Both the position numbers and the translations under genes were made by a program. Shown one piece after another: positions 46,834 through 48,587 of a stretch of 48,587 nt of DNA. A model generated the notes under the pieces. It worked only from the letters and a program-made list of their open reading frames with translations, was not told where the DNA came from and did not search any database. The stretch comes from Candidatus Guanabacterium sedimentis. Lineage in GTDB: Bacteria > Acidobacteriota > B3-B38 > Guanabaribacteriales > B3-B38. Every line of letters begins with the position of its first letter. The stretch's first letter is position 1. The stretch covers positions 1 through 48,587 of the forward strand of contig CABWKN010000065.1 in NCBI GenBank assembly GCA_902505605.1, written 5' to 3'.

Positions 46834-46943
46834 AAAGCTTGAAAAAGCGGGATGCAATGGCTTATAATCAATTATATTATTGACAGCACCCTGGATATGT
46901 CAATAGAATATAAAATAGAGTTCGGGACGACAATATCCTTATT
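46834..46943 (+). repeat. Left arm of a perfect inverted repeat of at least 110 bp
   Basis: Exact reverse complement of 48478-48587, compared base by base. The inner boundary is at 46943|46944. Confidence 0.95.
46880..46909 (+). promoter_or_regulatory. Sigma70-like promoter inside the left repeat arm, reading into the bracketed segment
   Basis: TTGACA (46880-46885), an 18-nt spacer, then TAGAAT (46904-46909). The -35 hexamer is half of the palindrome TTGACA-N12-TGTCAA (46880-46903). Confidence 0.4.
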
Positions 46944-47011
46944 GATAATATCTCCCCTCCAATGGGTGGGAACCTCCGCTATCCCTTTCTACAAAGAGGA
47001 AGTGCTTAGGG

Positions 47012-47248
47012 GTGAGCCATACCATGAGGGAGGAATACAAGGATGCCATCAGATGCTACGAGAGGTTCCGCCACCTCGGCTCCCCCACCCCTGCTCTGCT
47101 CAACGCCCTTGGCGAGGCATATTACAAATCGGGGCAGCGAGAGAAAGCGATGGAGGTTCTCTCGGAGTCCCTGAAAGTTGACCCCAACCAACCCCAGGTC
47201 AAAAGCTTTCTTGAGAAACTCAAGGAAAGAAAGATAAAGCCACGCTGA
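47012..47248 (+). pseudogene. 5'-truncated TPR-protein remnant (78-codon ORF)
   Basis: The ORF encodes one complete TPR (ALLNALGEAYYKSGQREKAMEVLSESLKVDPNQP) preceded by only the second helix of another (EEYKDAIRCYERF). The frame opens at 46949, 6 nt inside the repeat boundary. GTG start with no clear Shine-Dalgarno sequence. Confidence 0.45.
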
Positions 47249-47869
47249 GGGAAAAGGGGCTTATCCCATATTTATAGTTCCCTCCCTTTAAATGTCAGAA
47301 GGAACTAAAGAATAAAAATATTATGCCTATATAATGTTGAATAAGAAGATATCTGAGGTTATAATAAATTAAGTTTCAGAATTTGCAAAAAAGGAAACAA
47401 AAGTAGTAGAAAAATAGTAATATAGACTCCAAGAGGTATATAAAACCCTGAGAATACTTGCAGGAGAAGTCGGTTATAATGTCACTTGTAAAATATGTCC
47501 CATTATCGAAGAGTGCGGGATTGAGTCATACCTGAGTATAGCGCAAGTCTACAAACTTTTTTACCACATTAGAGCAAACAAGGGCTATCGTATGGATTTT
47601 TCTACTTCAATGTTGACTTGTTATCATTTCTGTTGTAATGAATATATAACAAGGGTTTTCAAGCACTCTGTGTAATCAATGAAGTTGCCGATAGACTGCT
47701 AAAGGGTTACCTTGTTAATCCTTTACCTTTATTTGTATTGAAGGAAACGGTGCTGAGGCATAGGAAACTAAGCAATAATGATGAGTAATTGGAGCCAAAC
47801 TTCACCTAACATGCAGTTATTTGAAGTATTCTTTGGATGGTAATAACTGCAAAACAATAGGAGGAAAGA

Positions 47870-48298
47870 ATGGCGCAGGCAAAACAGGGTGATACCGTTA
47901 AGGTTCACTACACAGGCAAATTGGATGACGGCACGGTATTTGATTCTTCAATTAAGCGCGACCCTCTGCAATTTACAATAAGCGAGGGTCGGGTAATCCC
48001 AGGCTTTGAACAAGCCGTAGTCGGGATGAAGCCGGGCGAATCGAAAACCACCAAAATCCCGGCGGACAAAGCGTATGGCCCACACCGTGAGGAAATGGTA
48101 CTGGAGGTAGATAGAAACGAATTTCCGGAGCACTTGAAACCAAAAGTCGGTGAGCAGTTACAAGTCCGTCAACCGAATGGTAAAACAATTATAGTCACGG
48201 TAAGGGATGTCTCCGAAGCGAACGTGAAATTAGATGCCAACCATCCTCTGGCTGGGAAAGACCTGACCTTTGATATCCAGCTCATAGAGATCGTTTAA
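47870..48298 (+). CDS. FKBP-type peptidyl-prolyl cis-trans isomerase (SlyD/FkpB-like, with insert-in-flap domain)
   Basis: 142 aa with GDTVKVHYTGKLDDGTVFDSS...VIPGFEQAVVGMKPGE...NHPLAGKDLTFDIQLIEI. AGGAGG lies 6 nt before the ATG. Confidence 0.9.
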   Translation: MAQAKQGDTVKVHYTGKLDDGTVFDSSIKRDPLQFTISEGRVIPGFEQAVVGMKPGESKTTKIPADKAYGPHREEMVLEVDRNEFPEHLKPKVGEQLQVRQPNGKTIIVTVRDVSEANVKLDANHPLAGKDLTFDIQLIEIV

Positions 48299-48477
48299 CT
48301 GTTTCGTTTATGGTGACAACTATTGGCCTTATGCCGGATAAGGCAAGAACGACAAAAGAAGTGAGCGATATGAGGCCCGTGGAATACATAAGATCACACG
48401 GGCCTAGCGGCTTACTTCGTTCGTCCAGGTGCTTCCGCAAGATATAGCAAAGTTAAATCATTATAGCGAGAAGACGA

Positions 48478-48587
48478 AATAAGGATATTGTCGTCCCGAA
48501 CTCTATTTTATATTCTATTGACATATCCAGGGTGCTGTCAATAATATAATTGATTATAAGCCATTGCATCCCGCTTTTTCAAGCTTT
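48478..48587 (-). repeat. Right arm of the inverted repeat, truncated by the window end
   Basis: Exact reverse complement of 46834-46943. The repeat may continue beyond 48587. Confidence 0.95.
48512..48541 (-). promoter_or_regulatory. Mirror copy of the repeat-borne promoter, reading leftward (antisense to the FKBP gene)
   Basis: On the minus strand: TTGACA (48541-48536), an 18-nt spacer, then TAGAAT (48517-48512). Confidence 0.4.

Noticed and set aside
46852-47181. A 109-codon ORF starts inside the left repeat arm (MQWLIINYIIDSTLD...).
   Set aside because: The N-terminus is an AT-rich translation of the promoter region. The C-terminus overlaps the alternative frame that encodes a clean TPR repeat. 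There are no motifs and no Shine-Dalgarno sequence.
47421-47675. An open frame of 84 codons in the AT-rich gap encodes a CKICPIIEEC-containing peptide.
   Set aside because: There is no ATG, GTG or TTG until 47592, leaving 27 codons, and I recognise no family. At most it is a decayed gene. It is mentioned under the AT-rich gap finding.
48326-48404. Two hairpins follow the FKBP gene. GCCTTATgccggATAAGGC (48326-48344) is reminiscent of enterobacterial REP sequences. GGCCCGTG...CACGGGCC lies at 48374-48404.
   Set aside because: Neither is followed by a U-tract, each occurs only once in the window, and the REP resemblance is a short chance-level match. A 34-codon hydrophobic ORF on the minus strand here (MYSTGLISLTSFVVLALSG...) has no Shine-Dalgarno sequence, so I did not call it.
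1-48587. I scanned the intergenic regions for CRISPR arrays, tRNA, rRNA, tmRNA, SRP RNA and RNase P RNA.
   Set aside because: There are no regularly spaced direct repeats, no cloverleaf-compatible segments with T-loop GTTCRANYC motifs, and no conserved SRP or rRNA sequence blocks in any gap. This was an eye scan only, so a covariance-model search could still find small RNAs.

Overview
This is a 48.6-kb chromosomal segment at roughly 50% G+C by eye, from a Gram-negative-type bacterium. A GWxTD protein and a CarboxypepD_reg/TonB-dependent-like outer-membrane protein hint at an Acidobacteriota/Aminicenantes-like lineage, but taxonomy cannot be settled from this sequence. All functional calls rest on motifs I recognise in the supplied translations; no search was run.

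About 45 genes are present, mostly housekeeping:
- Left part: pfk, an M50/CBS protease, a crotonase, rarA and a DedA-like protein.
- Envelope/secreted block: GWxTD protein, a large OMP, a D-aminoacylase-like hydrolase, an ABC_ATPase-family protein and a VIT-vWA protein.
- Serine block: class-V aminotransferase, short SerA and DUF1015.
- Redox block: DUF116, a NifU-like protein and a four-gene 2-oxoacid:ferredoxin oxidoreductase (OFOR) operon.
- Long minus-strand run: TPR protein, rnhB-rplS-trmD-rimM-KH-rpsP-ffh, ribBA-ribE-ribD, ftsY, a TPR lipoprotein, an HD-GYP protein, gpsA-plsY, cinA, pgpA, rimO and asnS.

I saw no rRNA, tRNA, CRISPR array or intact mobile element.

The items worth a second look are:
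1. A perfect inverted repeat of at least 110 bp brackets a 1.5-kb AT-rich segment at the right end and runs off the window.
2. The OFOR delta subunit is fused to a GltD-like flavoprotein that lacks a recognisable NAD(P)H domain.
3. rimO is interrupted by an in-frame TAA just before its TRAM domain.
4. An IS256-type transposase remnant sits at the left edge, followed by a GGA-motif-rich untranslated stretch with its own terminator.
5. DUF1015 is tucked behind serine-biosynthesis genes.

Most of the window is ordinary, and interest scores are kept moderate.
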